Positions 48,159 to 57,821 of a stretch of 64,000 nucleotides of DNA are shown here, in pieces. The stretch's first letter is position 1. Each line of letters starts with the position of its first letter. The notes below the pieces were generated by a model. It ran no database searches and had not been told where the DNA came from. It was given only the letters and a program-made list of their open reading frames with translations. Where the stretch lies: IMG/VR virus record IMGVR_UViG_2648501187_000001. One strand, given 5' to 3'. The stretch is from an uncultured virus (IMG/VR IMGVR_UViG_2648501187_000001). Its lineage: Duplodnaviria; Heunggongvirae; Uroviricota; Caudoviricetes. Position numbers and translations under genes: made by a program.

Positions 48159-49688
48159 TCAAAGCAGGTTGACCTGATCCGCGAGACCCAATTGCGCGCC
48201 CCGCCTCCGGCGTCGGACCGCATCCTCCGCTGTGCCCGCCTTGACGCTGTCGTACAACGCGTTCGGCGTGGGCAGCATGACGGCCGCCGTCCGCAAATCC
48301 GGCGCCCCGTCCCCGTGCACGCCCGCCCCGTTCGCATCGTTCGCCCTCGGGGTCGGCAGCTTCGAATCATGCTCCCTGACCTTCTCCGGGTCCATACGGC
48401 CCGGCAGGTCCATGAGACGCACCTGCGTGGACAGGAACGTGCTCCTGTCCAACGGGCGGCCCGACGTGGCCGGGGCGGCGAACACCCCGTCCGACTGCTT
48501 CGGCGTGTACAGGAACCCGTCGGCCGGGATCCCCGCAGCCTGCGCGGGCAGGGGCGCATCCCCCGTCCCATACGCCTGGCCCGGGCCGCCCTTCGCCCCG
48601 TCGGACGCCTTCGGCGTCGCCAAAACGGAACCGGCCGCCGGCTCCGGGACCTTCAGCCACGATTCGGGCACCGTATACACGCGGCCGGCGGCCATCACGC
48701 CGGACTTCGGCCACGCGTCCATGAACACGTCCACGTCCCCGAACAGATCCGGCTCGCCCGTCGTCCACACATCCCTGTCCGCATCCCACACGCCCCATGC
48801 GCGCCCCCTCGGCCTCATGGGCGGCAGTTGGGCCAGACGCCTCAGCCGGGCGTTCGACGGTTCGCGCGCCGACTTCGGATCGCGCGGCCATGCGGTCACG
48901 AAGATGCGCAGCCTGTGGTGGGGGGCGCCGATGTCGGCCGCCTCAAGGCCTCGCCACACCGCGTCGTAGCCCAGATTCGCCAGATCGCCCAGCACACGGC
49001 CGAGCGCCCGGATCGTGGGCGCCGTATGCACGCCGGACAACCGTTCGTCATCCGCCAGCACCATGTCGCCCCTCACCTCGAACACGCGGCGGCCGCACCG
49101 CCTGCACGTGACGGGCGAGCACCGTTCCGGATCCGCATGCAGGAAACCGCGCAGGACGACGGCCAGGGGCTGCGAGGTTTCCTCCTTGGGATCCGGGGCT
49201 TCGAATCCGTCGGGCAGTTCGAGGTCCGGAATTTCGCAGGAGCATAATCCGGCCTTGTCCAACGCTTCGGAGCGGAGCGCGTCCATGCGCTCGTCCTCCT
49301 TGGAGACGCTGATGCCGCTCAGGAGTCCGGCCACGTTCTCCGCGACCACGAGACTGGGGCGGATGATGCCGATTCCCTTGGCGTAGTCGAGCCACAGGCC
49401 GCTTCGCGTTCCCGCCTTCAACCCGGCACGGAACCCCGCAAGAGAAAGGGACTGGCAGCAGAATCCGCCGGCCATCACCTCGATGTCCTTGTATTTCTCC
49501 CAGTCGATTTTCGTGATGTCGCCCAATCGGCGGGCTTTCGGCGCGTGATGGGAGCCAAGGGCGAGAGGCCCGGGTTCGATGTCGGACCATCCGACCAGTT
49601 CCCCCTCGCCGATCGCCTTGGATACGCCGATGTCGAGGCCGAGATAGCCGGAGAACAGGGAAATCGTCTTGTATGTCTTGTTCTGCAT
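48159..49688 (-). CDS. N-terminal half of a split DNA (cytosine-5) methyltransferase
   Basis: Motif I LFSGYLG; GDITKI; motif IV GGFCCQ; RSGLW; motif VI ENV; motif VIII HHRLRIF; xPTP repeats; motifs IX/X absent. Confidence 0.88.
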   Translation of the reverse strand: MQNKTYKTISLFSGYLGLDIGVSKAIGEGELVGWSDIEPGPLALGSHHAPKARRLGDITKIDWEKYKDIEVMAGGFCCQSLSLAGFRAGLKAGTRSGLWLDYAKGIGIIRPSLVVAENVAGLLSGISVSKEDERMDALRSEALDKAGLCSCEIPDLELPDGFEAPDPKEETSQPLAVVLRGFLHADPERCSPVTCRRCGRRVFEVRGDMVLADDERLSGVHTAPTIRALGRVLGDLANLGYDAVWRGLEAADIGAPHHRLRIFVTAWPRDPKSAREPSNARLRRLAQLPPMRPRGRAWGVWDADRDVWTTGEPDLFGDVDVFMDAWPKSGVMAAGRVYTVPESWLKVPEPAAGSVLATPKASDGAKGGPGQAYGTGDAPLPAQAAGIPADGFLYTPKQSDGVFAAPATSGRPLDRSTFLSTQVRLMDLPGRMDPEKVREHDSKLPTPRANDANGAGVHGDGAPDLRTAAVMLPTPNALYDSVKAGTAEDAVRRRRRGAQLGLADQVNLL

Positions 49689-49731
49689 ACATGGCTGTAT
49701 GCGTTCCGAGGCATTCGAAAAAACCCGTCAG

Positions 49732-49786
49732 CCGTTGCAGATGACTTCGCTCTGGCGACAAGCTAAAACAAAGTCATCTGCAACGG
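49732..49786. terminator. Inverted repeat (16-bp arms) after ORF 49788-50192
   Basis: CCGTTGCAGATGACTT ... AAGTCATCTGCAACGG. Confidence 0.6.
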
Positions 49787-49787
49787 A

Positions 49788-50192
49788 TCAATCCTCGACG
49801 ATCCCGTCGGGCGTCCATTCGCATGCATAATAGGGTCCGTTGTCGGTCATCCACCCGTCCTTCCCGTCCGCCGGACGCCCCTCGTAGCGGCTGATGTCGG
49901 CGATGGCCGGATCGTCGGTCTTGTGGAGGCGGATGAGGTCGCCCGGCTCCGGTTCGCGCCGTACGGCCTCGGGCAGCACGGCGTCCGGGTCGGGGAACGC
50001 GGAGCCGTCCCCGACCCAATGGTCGGTGCAGTCCGAGTCCACGATGTAGGATTCGCCCGCATCGGTCCTGCCGGCCAATGCGGGGCGGAAGCGTGACCAT
50101 TCGTCGCCGTCCCGTTGGATCATGATCCCGCCTTTGATGCGGTCGAGGAGGCTTGCGGGCAGGTTCTCCCAGCCGATGATGTTCCCGTTCAT
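49788..50192 (-). CDS. Acidic hypothetical protein
   Basis: The variant box GACGCATGC sits 8 nt before the ATG (MNGNIIGW). Confidence 0.6.
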   Translation of the reverse strand: MNGNIIGWENLPASLLDRIKGGIMIQRDGDEWSRFRPALAGRTDAGESYIVDSDCTDHWVGDGSAFPDPDAVLPEAVRREPEPGDLIRLHKTDDPAIADISRYEGRPADGKDGWMTDNGPYYACEWTPDGIVED

Positions 50193-50343
50193 GCCCGCGC
50201 GCATGCGTCCCCGACGCATGGCCTCCGGTTCCGCGGCCCGCCGTTCCGGAAGGGCGACGTGGCGCGCCTGCTGGCCGAGGGGCATGTCACGCACGTCCCC
50301 GTCGGACGGTTCCGGGTCGGGCGGGGGCGCATAGCCGGATCGC

Positions 50344-51423
50344 ATGGTCATGGACAGGAACAATCGAAGCCACCGGGCGAAGGGCCTCCCCCAAGGGTGT
50401 GCGGGCACCTTCGAGCCGGCGTCCGGCACGGCGGGCGGAGACGTCATGCCGCCCGCCGCCGAGGATCTCGACCCGAAACGCTACGGGCACAAGAGGGCCG
50501 TCAGGCTTGTGAACTGGCGGGTCGAACACGATCCGACCAGCCTGTGGCTGCAAGACCGGCTCAAGGCCACCATGCCCGGCGTGGACGCGGACGGCAACCC
50601 GTTCGACTACCGGGACGAGCCGGTGCTCGACCCGGCGGCCGAGGCGCGCATGATCGACGACGCGGTCTACCGGGAGGATGCGGACGGACGCCCGCACTAC
50701 GGGCGGATCATGCGCGCCCTCGCCTCCTGGTATCCGAACGAGGCGGAACGCTTCGACATGGCGCGCAGGATCGCGGAGGACCGGTGCGACGCGCTGCGAC
50801 GCAACGTGATCGGCGACCCGGCCCGATGCTACTCCGCCAGGCTCGTCGGCTACGCGCTCACCCGCCCCGTGCGCATGGAGGCGATCCTCGCCCGTCCGCC
50901 CTACAATCTGAGCGCGCACCGGATGCGCGTCGGCAAACGGTACATGGACCGGATCGGCGCGTACGCGCGCGAACACGGCGGACGACTGCCCGACAAAAGG
51001 CAGCGCGACCGGATCTGGGACGAGAACATGGGCGACTTCATCCACGAGAAGATCGCGAAGGGCGTCCAGTACGGGCGCGGCATGTACTATTCCGACGGGT
51101 CGAACGCGCGCCCCGAATACCATGGGCGCCCGCCCCGTCTGGACGCGGACGGGAACCCGTTCAACGCGCGCGAGGACTTCGAACGCATGCTGGCCGCCGG
51201 ACGTGCGGAGCTCGGTCGGACGCCCGCCGAATTCGACGACGTGGTCAACAGGATGGACGCGCATGCGGCGTTCGCCCCGGGGGGCGCGGACGCGCACGCC
51301 GCATGGGCGGAGGCGCGCCGGCGCGGCCTGGACGTGCGCCTGGTCGAGGCCGCGCTCGACGTGGACGCGTCGGACGCGGCCGCATGGGAGGCGGAGTATC
51401 AGGCGAGCTCGGGCACCCGGTAG
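50344..51423 (+). CDS. Hypothetical protein with N-terminal DRNNRSHR-GLPQG-AGTF tag
   Basis: GCATAG box 9 nt before the ATG; shared tag; internal DADGNPF x2. Confidence 0.75.
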   Translation: MVMDRNNRSHRAKGLPQGCAGTFEPASGTAGGDVMPPAAEDLDPKRYGHKRAVRLVNWRVEHDPTSLWLQDRLKATMPGVDADGNPFDYRDEPVLDPAAEARMIDDAVYREDADGRPHYGRIMRALASWYPNEAERFDMARRIAEDRCDALRRNVIGDPARCYSARLVGYALTRPVRMEAILARPPYNLSAHRMRVGKRYMDRIGAYAREHGGRLPDKRQRDRIWDENMGDFIHEKIAKGVQYGRGMYYSDGSNARPEYHGRPPRLDADGNPFNAREDFERMLAAGRAELGRTPAEFDDVVNRMDAHAAFAPGGADAHAAWAEARRRGLDVRLVEAALDVDASDAAAWEAEYQASSGTR

Positions 51424-51920
51424 GTGCGGGGCACGGCCGCGCCCGCGGGCCACATGTCATGGTCGCGGGCGAACCTGACCGTCACGTTGACGACGGTCCC
51501 GGGCATGGGGCGGGCGAGCATCGCGTCCAGGCCCTTTTTGTCGCCGGCCAGCCAGAACACGAGGAGCGCGAGGTCCATGGCGCCGGCCGCGCATCCGGGC
51601 CTCGTCCCGACGAGCGTCGAAAGCGTGTCGCGCGCGGCCGTCAGCCGGCCGGGCCTGGGCGTGACGGGGATGGGACGGCGGCGCAGCACGTCCATCGCCT
51701 CCCCCATGCCGGCGGGCAGGCGCGGGTGATCCGCGGCGCGTGCGGCGAGCGTGCGCGCGTCGCACGTCGGGTCGAGGAGGGCGAGCGCCATCATGTCGCG
51801 TCCCCTGGGATCGTTCAGGCCGGCGGCGAGCCGGTCGGCGGTCTGGTCGTTCATCCACGTGCCCGCGCCGCCTTCGAGGCGCGCGATCCACTCGTTGGCC
51901 AGGTTCATGTAGTCTTCCAT
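51399..51920 (-). CDS. Hypothetical protein (possibly DUF4192-like)
   Basis: SD GGAGG; LAAGLND...RD and ALLVFWLAGD resemble the C-terminus of DUF4192. Confidence 0.6.
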   Translation of the reverse strand: MEDYMNLANEWIARLEGGAGTWMNDQTADRLAAGLNDPRGRDMMALALLDPTCDARTLAARAADHPRLPAGMGEAMDVLRRRPIPVTPRPGRLTAARDTLSTLVGTRPGCAAGAMDLALLVFWLAGDKKGLDAMLARPMPGTVVNVTVRFARDHDMWPAGAAVPRTYRVPELA

Positions 51921-51975
51921 TGCCGTTCCTCCGTTTCGACGGTGTTGTGCGCCCCGGGTATGCGTTCCCCGTCCG

Positions 51976-53202
51976 TCAGAAGAGCGGGAGGCTTGCGGGG
52001 CGTTCGAGCCGGTCGGCCGTGAGCGGCAGGTACGTGGGGTCGAGCTCCGTGGCCGCGCACCGCAGGCCTTCCCGCCGGCATGCGTCCAGTGTGGTGCCGG
52101 AGCCGGCGAACGGGTCGAGGACGAGGCCGTGGGGCGGGCATGCGAGGCGGGCGAGCCATCGGGTCAGGTCCAGGGGTTTGACGGTCGGGTGGGCGAGCCG
52201 TCTTTCGCCCGCCGGCACGGTCAGGGCGAGCGCCGCCGTGTCGAGCAGGCACGCGGGGTACGCGTCCGCCCCGGATTCGAGTCCCAGGCGCGCGCAGCAC
52301 GCCTTCCACGCCTTGTCCCGTGTCCGGGGGCGGACGATGCGTTCCAGGACGCGCACGGGCCTGTCCTGCGCTTTCGGGCAGTAGTAGAAGCGCGGCGCGT
52401 CCGCGGGCAGGAGCCGGGCCATGGCCTTGTCCATGAGGACGTTCGACGGGTGGCGGCCCGGTATGCGCGGCCCCATGGGCCTGGGCGTGTCCGAATCGCG
52501 GAACGTGTCGCCGCCGCGCGGCGCGTCCGGACGCCCCCCGGCGGTCGCGTTGAGCCGGTAGCGGCGCCCCAGCTCCCCCATGTCCGCGTCCAGGGCGCAG
52601 GCGGCCACGTTCAGGGCGCCCGTCCCGTGGTCCATGAGGTTGCGGCCGAGCATGGACTCGCGGGGGCGCTGGGCGACGAGGATCGGCTCCCATGCGGGTT
52701 TGAGCGCCGGGTTGAACCCGCGCCAGGGCCGCGCCTCGCGGGTCTTCGCCTCGTAGCGTTCCGTGTAGGCGACGTTGCGTTCCAGGGACGCGGAGTCGCG
52801 TATGACGCCGGTCCGGTCGTCCTTCACGCCGAGCGCCCGGTCGACCGCATGGTCGCCCCATTCGCCCTTCGGCATGCCGGACGCGTACAGCCAGCAGAAC
52901 TGGTCGCGGATCAGCCAGCCCGCGTCCTCCATGGCGCAGGCGAGCCGGTGCCAGGTGCGGGGCGAGCCGAACACGAGGGCGAACGCGCCGGGGCGGACCA
53001 TGCCGAGCATGGCCGTCCAGAATTCCGGGTCGAAGGCGATGCCGGTGGAGTCCCAGCGTTTCACCTCGCCCGCGGTGCCCAGGCCGAGCTCGTAGGGCGG
53101 GTCGGTGACGATCGCGTCCGCGGGCGCGTCGAGGAGGCCGGGCAGGCGTCTCGCGTCCGCGTTGTACAGGGTCAGGCCGTCATGGTCGATGAATGGTCTC
53201 AT
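51976..53202 (-). CDS. Beta-class N6-adenine/N4-cytosine DNA methyltransferase (orphan)
   Basis: IVTDPPY, HPTVKP and [11 protein letters not shown] motifs; no adjacent restriction enzyme seen. Confidence 0.9.
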   Translation of the reverse strand: MRPFIDHDGLTLYNADARRLPGLLDAPADAIVTDPPYELGLGTAGEVKRWDSTGIAFDPEFWTAMLGMVRPGAFALVFGSPRTWHRLACAMEDAGWLIRDQFCWLYASGMPKGEWGDHAVDRALGVKDDRTGVIRDSASLERNVAYTERYEAKTREARPWRGFNPALKPAWEPILVAQRPRESMLGRNLMDHGTGALNVAACALDADMGELGRRYRLNATAGGRPDAPRGGDTFRDSDTPRPMGPRIPGRHPSNVLMDKAMARLLPADAPRFYYCPKAQDRPVRVLERIVRPRTRDKAWKACCARLGLESGADAYPACLLDTAALALTVPAGERRLAHPTVKPLDLTRWLARLACPPHGLVLDPFAGSGTTLDACRREGLRCAATELDPTYLPLTADRLERPASLPLF

Positions 53203-53242
53203 GGGCCCCGTGTATGCGTCCGCCGGGGCGGGCGTCGGGCCC

Positions 53243-53532
53243 GTATGCATTCCGGGCGGGCTGTATGCATCCGTATGCATCCGGGGATGCATACATCTTT
53301 TCTTTCCGATTCGGCTTGTTTCCGACGTTCCGGGGATGGTCCGGAGGCGTGTATGCATTGTATGCATCATTCCCTTATAGGGGATTCGGGAAAAAGGAAG
53401 GAAACCCCATATATTGATGCATACAATGCATACAAGAGAAAGGAATTATATTTTTTCCTTTATTTATAAGGGTTTTCGGGCCTTTTCCAAGCCTTTTCTG
53501 TATGCATCCCCGGATGCATACAGATGCATACA
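53243..53532. repeat. ATGCAT-rich nested inverted-repeat element, copy 2
   Basis: Outer arms 53262-53295/53499-53532; inner arms 53350-53369/53415-53434; 11 ATGCAT sites. Confidence 0.9.
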
Positions 53533-53558
53533 CGCATACAAAACGGGCCGGAAAACTA

Positions 53559-53656
53559 TACAATATTGTAAAGGTCGGAGGTGAGGCTTTACAATATTGT
53601 AAAGCCCCCGGCGTCGCGAAGCCCCGGGGAGCCCGGCTGTGCAATATCGTAAAGCC
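53559..53656. promoter_or_regulatory. Three copies of the TACAATATTGTA operator palindrome
   Basis: 53559-53570; a perfect 22-mer at 53585-53606 identical to 35842-35863; a degenerate copy at 53636-53656. Confidence 0.7.
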
Positions 53657-53765
53657 CGCGCATGCGGCTCCACGGCATCGCGAAACCCCGGAGAGCCCGG
53701 CGAAACGGATCGGAGGCTGATTTAGATATTTAATATCTGTTCATATCCATGCTATACTATTCAAT

Positions 53766-54374
53766 ATGACCTATTTCAGCCTGTCCGAGTTCCTTGAACG
53801 CACCGGCGTGAGCGCTTCGACCGCCTATCGGGCGGAACAGCGGGGCGTGATCAGCCCGGCGCGCACGGACGGCGGGCATCGACGCTACTCGCAGGAGGAC
53901 GTGGCGAAACTGCTGGGATTGCAGCATCAGAACCCGGAGAAGAAATGCGTCATCTACTGCCGGGTCAGCAGCGCCGGGCAGAAGAACGACCTCGCCGACC
54001 AGCGAAAGGCGATGATGGATTTCGCCACGGCGCGCGGCTACGTGTACGAGGTGTGGGAGGAGATCGGCGGAGGCATGAACCTCAACCGCCCCAAGTTCCT
54101 GAAACTCGTCAACGGGATCATCGACGGTGAGATAGGCGTCGTGATCGTGGCACACAAGGATCGGCTCGCCCGGTTCGGGTTCGACCTCGTGAAGAACCTG
54201 GCCGACGAGTACGGGGCTCAGATCATCGTCGCCAACCGCACGGACATGAGTCCGCAGCAGGAGATGGTGGAGGATCTGATGAGCATCATCCACACCTACT
54301 CGTGCCGCCTATACGGTCTGCGGAGGTATAAAACAAGCCGGGACCTCCTCGGCGACGGGAGCGGGGAAGACTGA
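53766..54374 (+). CDS. tnpA: IS607 transposase (MerR HTH + serine recombinase)
   Basis: RTDGGHRRY, IYCRVSS, DRLARFGF and RLYGLR motifs; leaderless behind TGcTATACT (-10 at 53753-53758). Confidence 0.95.
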   Translation: MTYFSLSEFLERTGVSASTAYRAEQRGVISPARTDGGHRRYSQEDVAKLLGLQHQNPEKKCVIYCRVSSAGQKNDLADQRKAMMDFATARGYVYEVWEEIGGGMNLNRPKFLKLVNGIIDGEIGVVIVAHKDRLARFGFDLVKNLADEYGAQIIVANRTDMSPQQEMVEDLMSIIHTYSCRLYGLRRYKTSRDLLGDGSGED

Positions 54375-55564
54375 TGCAACGCACGTTCAAGACCCGGTTG
54401 AAGGTCAACGACGTCGAGTCGAACATCCTCGCCCAATGGTGCGGGGTGAGCCGCCTCGCCTACAACGTGTGCCTCGACCAGTGGAACAGGGACTACGAGA
54501 ACGGGGCGAAACACAACTATTATTCGATCAAGAAATGGTTCAACTCCGTCAAACGGGAGATGTTCCCCTTCATCACCGGCGTCAGCAAATGGGTGCCCGA
54601 AGCGGCCATCAAGGATCTCGACACCGCGTTCAGGAACATGTACCGGCATACGGCCAAGCACCCGCGATTCCACAAGAAGGGCGTCCGCGACTCGTTCCGC
54701 ATCGACGGCTCGGTGATAGCCGTAAGCGGGAAAAACCTGAAACTGCCGAAAGGCCTATGCCTGAGGCTTATGGAAAGGTTCAGATATGAGAATCAGGTGA
54801 ACAAGATCAACAACGCGACCATCAGCCGCAAGGCGGGCTACTGGTTCGCGTCCATATCATGTGACGTCGGAGACCCCGCGCGCGAAAACCAAGGCGCGGG
54901 CATCCTCGGCGTCGACGTGGGCGTGAAAAGCCTCGCCGTCTGCTCGGACGGCACGGTCATCGACAATCCGAAGACCCTGTACCGGCGGGAGAAGCGGAAG
55001 AAGCACCTACAACGCATGGTGGCCCGCAAGCAGAAGGGATCCGACAACCAGCGCAAGGCCAAGGCGTTGCTCGCCAGATACGAGTATCGGACGGCCGTGA
55101 AACGCGAGGACTGGCTGCACAAGGCGTCCAGCCGCATCGCCCGGGCCAACCGGGTATGCTTCATGGAGGATCTCAACGTCAAGGGCATGCTCTCCAACCA
55201 TCATCTCGCGAAGGCCGTCTCCGACTGCTCGTTCAACGAACTGCACCGTCAGCTCGCATACAAGACCACGGTGCGCGAAATAGACCGATGGTGTCCGAGC
55301 AGCCAAACATGTTCCGACTGCGGCAGCCGGAAACCCATGCCTCTGTCCGAACGCGCCTACCGGTGCGAACAATGCGGCATGGTCATGGACCGTGATCTCA
55401 ACGCCGCATTGAACATACTCAACGTAGGGATGGCGAACTATCCCGAACTCATGCCTGCGGAGGATGACACCCCCGAAGCCACCGGCGCAGCCAGCCGGCA
55501 GGCGACGGCACCCGATGAAACAGGAATCGACCATCAAACACTGCACAAGAACAGGTTTGAATAA
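54374..55564 (+). CDS. tnpB: RNA-guided endonuclease TnpB
   Basis: RuvC GVDVG, MEDLNV and DRDLNAA all intact; Zn finger CSDC/CEQC. Confidence 0.95.
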   Translation: MQRTFKTRLKVNDVESNILAQWCGVSRLAYNVCLDQWNRDYENGAKHNYYSIKKWFNSVKREMFPFITGVSKWVPEAAIKDLDTAFRNMYRHTAKHPRFHKKGVRDSFRIDGSVIAVSGKNLKLPKGLCLRLMERFRYENQVNKINNATISRKAGYWFASISCDVGDPARENQGAGILGVDVGVKSLAVCSDGTVIDNPKTLYRREKRKKHLQRMVARKQKGSDNQRKAKALLARYEYRTAVKREDWLHKASSRIARANRVCFMEDLNVKGMLSNHHLAKAVSDCSFNELHRQLAYKTTVREIDRWCPSSQTCSDCGSRKPMPLSERAYRCEQCGMVMDRDLNAALNILNVGMANYPELMPAEDDTPEATGAASRQATAPDETGIDHQTLHKNRFE

Positions 55565-55584
55565 GAATCGAAAGGCAGGACCGC

Positions 55585-56136
55585 ATGGAAGACGGGAACG
55601 TGAAGGCGACGCTCGACATGCTCGCCGGACTGGGACTGGACGTGCGCGTGATGCGCGAGACGCCGTTCCTCGCCGTCGTGGAGAACCCCGCCATCCCCTC
55701 TCGCAGGGTCGCCGTCGCCGTCCCGGACGGGGACGGGCCCGCCCGGGCCGCCATGTTCGAAACCGACCCGCGCACCGGCCGCAACCGGCCGCACGGGGAT
55801 TCCGCGGCCGTCCCCCGCGACGACCCGTGGCCGACGGTCGCCGGCATGTGCCGGACATGGCTGGCCGGGCTCGGCGCGCTCGGGGACGCCGCCGGGCTCA
55901 CCCGGGCCGAACTCGCCCGCAGGACGGGCGTCGCGGCCACCAGGATCAGCGAATACGCCCGGCCGCGCCCCGGGCACGCGGATCCCGCCAACATGACGCT
56001 GCGCACCGCCCGCGCACTGGCTCGCGCGCTCGGCGTCACCATCGACGCCCTGTACGACACCATGGCGATGCGCATCCCGGAAAACGGGCCGACGGCCCGA
56101 CAGGCGGGAACATCCGATCCGGCCCGCCGGGCATGA
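55585..56136 (+). CDS. XRE-family HTH regulator (paralog of 35940-36467)
   Basis: AGLTRAELARRTGVAATRISEY...ANMTLRTARALARALGV. Confidence 0.85.
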   Translation: MEDGNVKATLDMLAGLGLDVRVMRETPFLAVVENPAIPSRRVAVAVPDGDGPARAAMFETDPRTGRNRPHGDSAAVPRDDPWPTVAGMCRTWLAGLGALGDAAGLTRAELARRTGVAATRISEYARPRPGHADPANMTLRTARALARALGVTIDALYDTMAMRIPENGPTARQAGTSDPARRA

Positions 56137-56185
56137 AAAAAGGCCCGCACGGCACGTCGCCATGCGGGCCCGGGATGCGCCCCGG

Positions 56186-56602
56186 CTAGGGGCGGACGAG
56201 CAGGAAACGGTACGGGAGCGGATCCGTCTCGCCGCGCATCCACACGCGCAGCAGCGGCCACCCCGCGGCCCGCGCCGCCGACGCCGCATCCGACAGGTCC
56301 GAGACGGCGTCGACGATCAGGTTCGCGATCCCGTCCGCGGACACGAACGCGTCAGGCAGGCCAGGGATGCGCGCCGGCAGGCCGTCGCGCTCCATACGGT
56401 ACAGCTCCCACACGTGCAGCACGCTCGCATCATACGGGTGCGCTTCCGGCCCCGCATGATCCGACCCGTCGCGCAGACGCCCGGCGGCCGCGAGGGCGGC
56501 CGCATGCGGCAGGATCGCGACGAGCCTGTCCGCACGCCTGTCGAACTCGCGGACCGTCATGCCGGACGGCATGTCACGGCTCGAATCCCACGCCACGTGC
56601 AC
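56186..56602 (-). CDS. Hypothetical protein (start uncertain)
   Basis: Downstream of ssb; the frame stays open further upstream without an ATG. Confidence 0.5.
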   Translation of the reverse strand: MHVAWDSSRDMPSGMTVREFDRRADRLVAILPHAAALAAAGRLRDGSDHAGPEAHPYDASVLHVWELYRMERDGLPARIPGLPDAFVSADGIANLIVDAVSDLSDAASAARAAGWPLLRVWMRGETDPLPYRFLLVRP

Positions 56603-56672
56603 GTTCAGGACCCCGTCGAACGTCTCGAACGGGGTCAGCTTCGAATCGGCTATGATACGCCCCCTCTTCCGG

Positions 56673-57347
56673 TCAGACGCCCATGCCCGCGAACGGGTCC
56701 GGGACGCCGGCCGCCGACGCGTCCGGCAGGCCGAACGCCGCCAGCGGGTCGGTTTCGCCGCCGATGCGCTCCCCGTCGCCCGTCTTGACGACCGCGTTCA
56801 GCATGGCGCCCACGCCCGAATTGTCCTGCCTGTACGGGTACAGCCAGATGTTGGCGCGCACGATCGCGCCCGAATACAGTTCGTTGGCGGTCAGACGTCG
56901 ACGGTTCTGGTCCACGACCCAGCCCGCGGCGACGAGGTCGTTCTTCGTGCCGGCCTTCAGGATCCAATGGCCCTCATACTCCTTGTACACGTCCTTCTTC
57001 AGCTTGCCCACGTTGTCGCCCCTGGTGAACACGGCCGTGTCCCCGTCCTCGACGGGCAGGCCCAGGCGCTTCACCCAATCCGCGTCGTCCATGCTGTGCC
57101 CGGCGAACGGCGCGTACGACTTGCCGTCCCTGCCGGGTTCGCCGTCGATGCCGCGGCGGATCGCCTCCGTGCATTTGGCCTGCAGGTCGCGCATCATCTT
57201 CTGGGCGTCCGGATCCTTCTTGTCGAACAGGATGGACAGCGTGTACTTGCCGTTCTTCGGATCCGTGTCGAACAGGTGCGGGAAGTTCGCGATCCCGGGC
57301 ACTGTCACGAGGTTCAGGCGTTCCGCCTGCTGGTTCTGGTCAGCCAT
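56673..57347 (-). CDS. ssb: Phage-type single-stranded DNA-binding protein (DUF2815-like)
   Basis: NFPHLF, KYTLSILFDK, PVEDGD, ELYSGAIVRA and LNAVVKTGDGERIGG motifs; acidic DPF tail. Confidence 0.85.
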   Translation of the reverse strand: MADQNQQAERLNLVTVPGIANFPHLFDTDPKNGKYTLSILFDKKDPDAQKMMRDLQAKCTEAIRRGIDGEPGRDGKSYAPFAGHSMDDADWVKRLGLPVEDGDTAVFTRGDNVGKLKKDVYKEYEGHWILKAGTKNDLVAAGWVVDQNRRRLTANELYSGAIVRANIWLYPYRQDNSGVGAMLNAVVKTGDGERIGGETDPLAAFGLPDASAAGVPDPFAGMGV

Positions 57348-57434
57348 CAATGGGCTCCTTTCCGATCATGGTGGGCCGCCCCACGATGGTTGCGGTCCGA
57401 CGGTTCCCGTCGGCGTCCGGTATGCGTCCCCGGC

Positions 57435-57821
57435 TCACGCGCGGATGCTTTCCGGCCGGAAGCCCACGTCCTGGATGTCCGGCCCGTCGATGCGCACCGT
57501 CGTCAGCTCCCGCCCGTCGAACAGGGCCGCGTACGCGCCGTCCGCGAACGGGATGGAGTCGCCCGCGCACAGGGCGCCCGCCTCGTGGGCGAGCCGGCGC
57601 GCCTGCTCCCCGTCGCCCAGGTCCGCCAGCGATTCGATCCGGTCCTTCAGGCCCCAGGCGCGCGCGTCGTCCTCCACGCCGCGCGCCCGCCCCCGCCGGC
57701 GGGCCGGCGGGGGCGGGACCACGTCCCCCGCGCCGCCGGCCCGCATGGGCGCGAACGTGCCCGCATACCCCTGCGGCAGGCCGCCCGGCCTGTGCGCCCT
57801 GTTGTTCCTGTCCACGCTCAT
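57435..57821 (-). CDS. Hypothetical protein with N-terminal DRNNRAHR-GLPQG-AGTF tag
   Basis: SD GAAGGAG; GCATAG box at ~57852; shared tag. Confidence 0.7.
   Translation of the reverse strand: MSVDRNNRAHRPGGLPQGYAGTFAPMRAGGAGDVVPPPPARRRGRARGVEDDARAWGLKDRIESLADLGDGEQARRLAHEAGALCAGDSIPFADGAYAALFDGRELTTVRIDGPDIQDVGFRPESIRA

Larger units (their letters stand above)
53717..55579 (+). mobile_element. IS607-family insertion sequence
   Basis: tnpA (serine recombinase) + tnpB; flanked by GG at 53715-16 and 55578-79; excision restores GGAGG-ACCGC-ATG; lower GC. Confidence 0.88.

Noticed and set aside
50900..51050. Sigma region-3-like segment (YAREHGGRLPDKRQRDRIW) in the tagged protein
   Set aside because: The similarity is too short, with no recognisable region 2 or 4; it would need a profile search.
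53203..53370. MHT-repeat N-terminal extension of the methylase and similar small ORFs over both cruciforms
   Set aside because: These are translations of the ATGCATAC DNA repeats; the true start is better placed at 53202.
53717..55579. IStron (group I intron-IS607 chimera)
   Set aside because: Only 49 nt separate the left end from tnpA, leaving no room for a ribozyme, and the insertion is intergenic.
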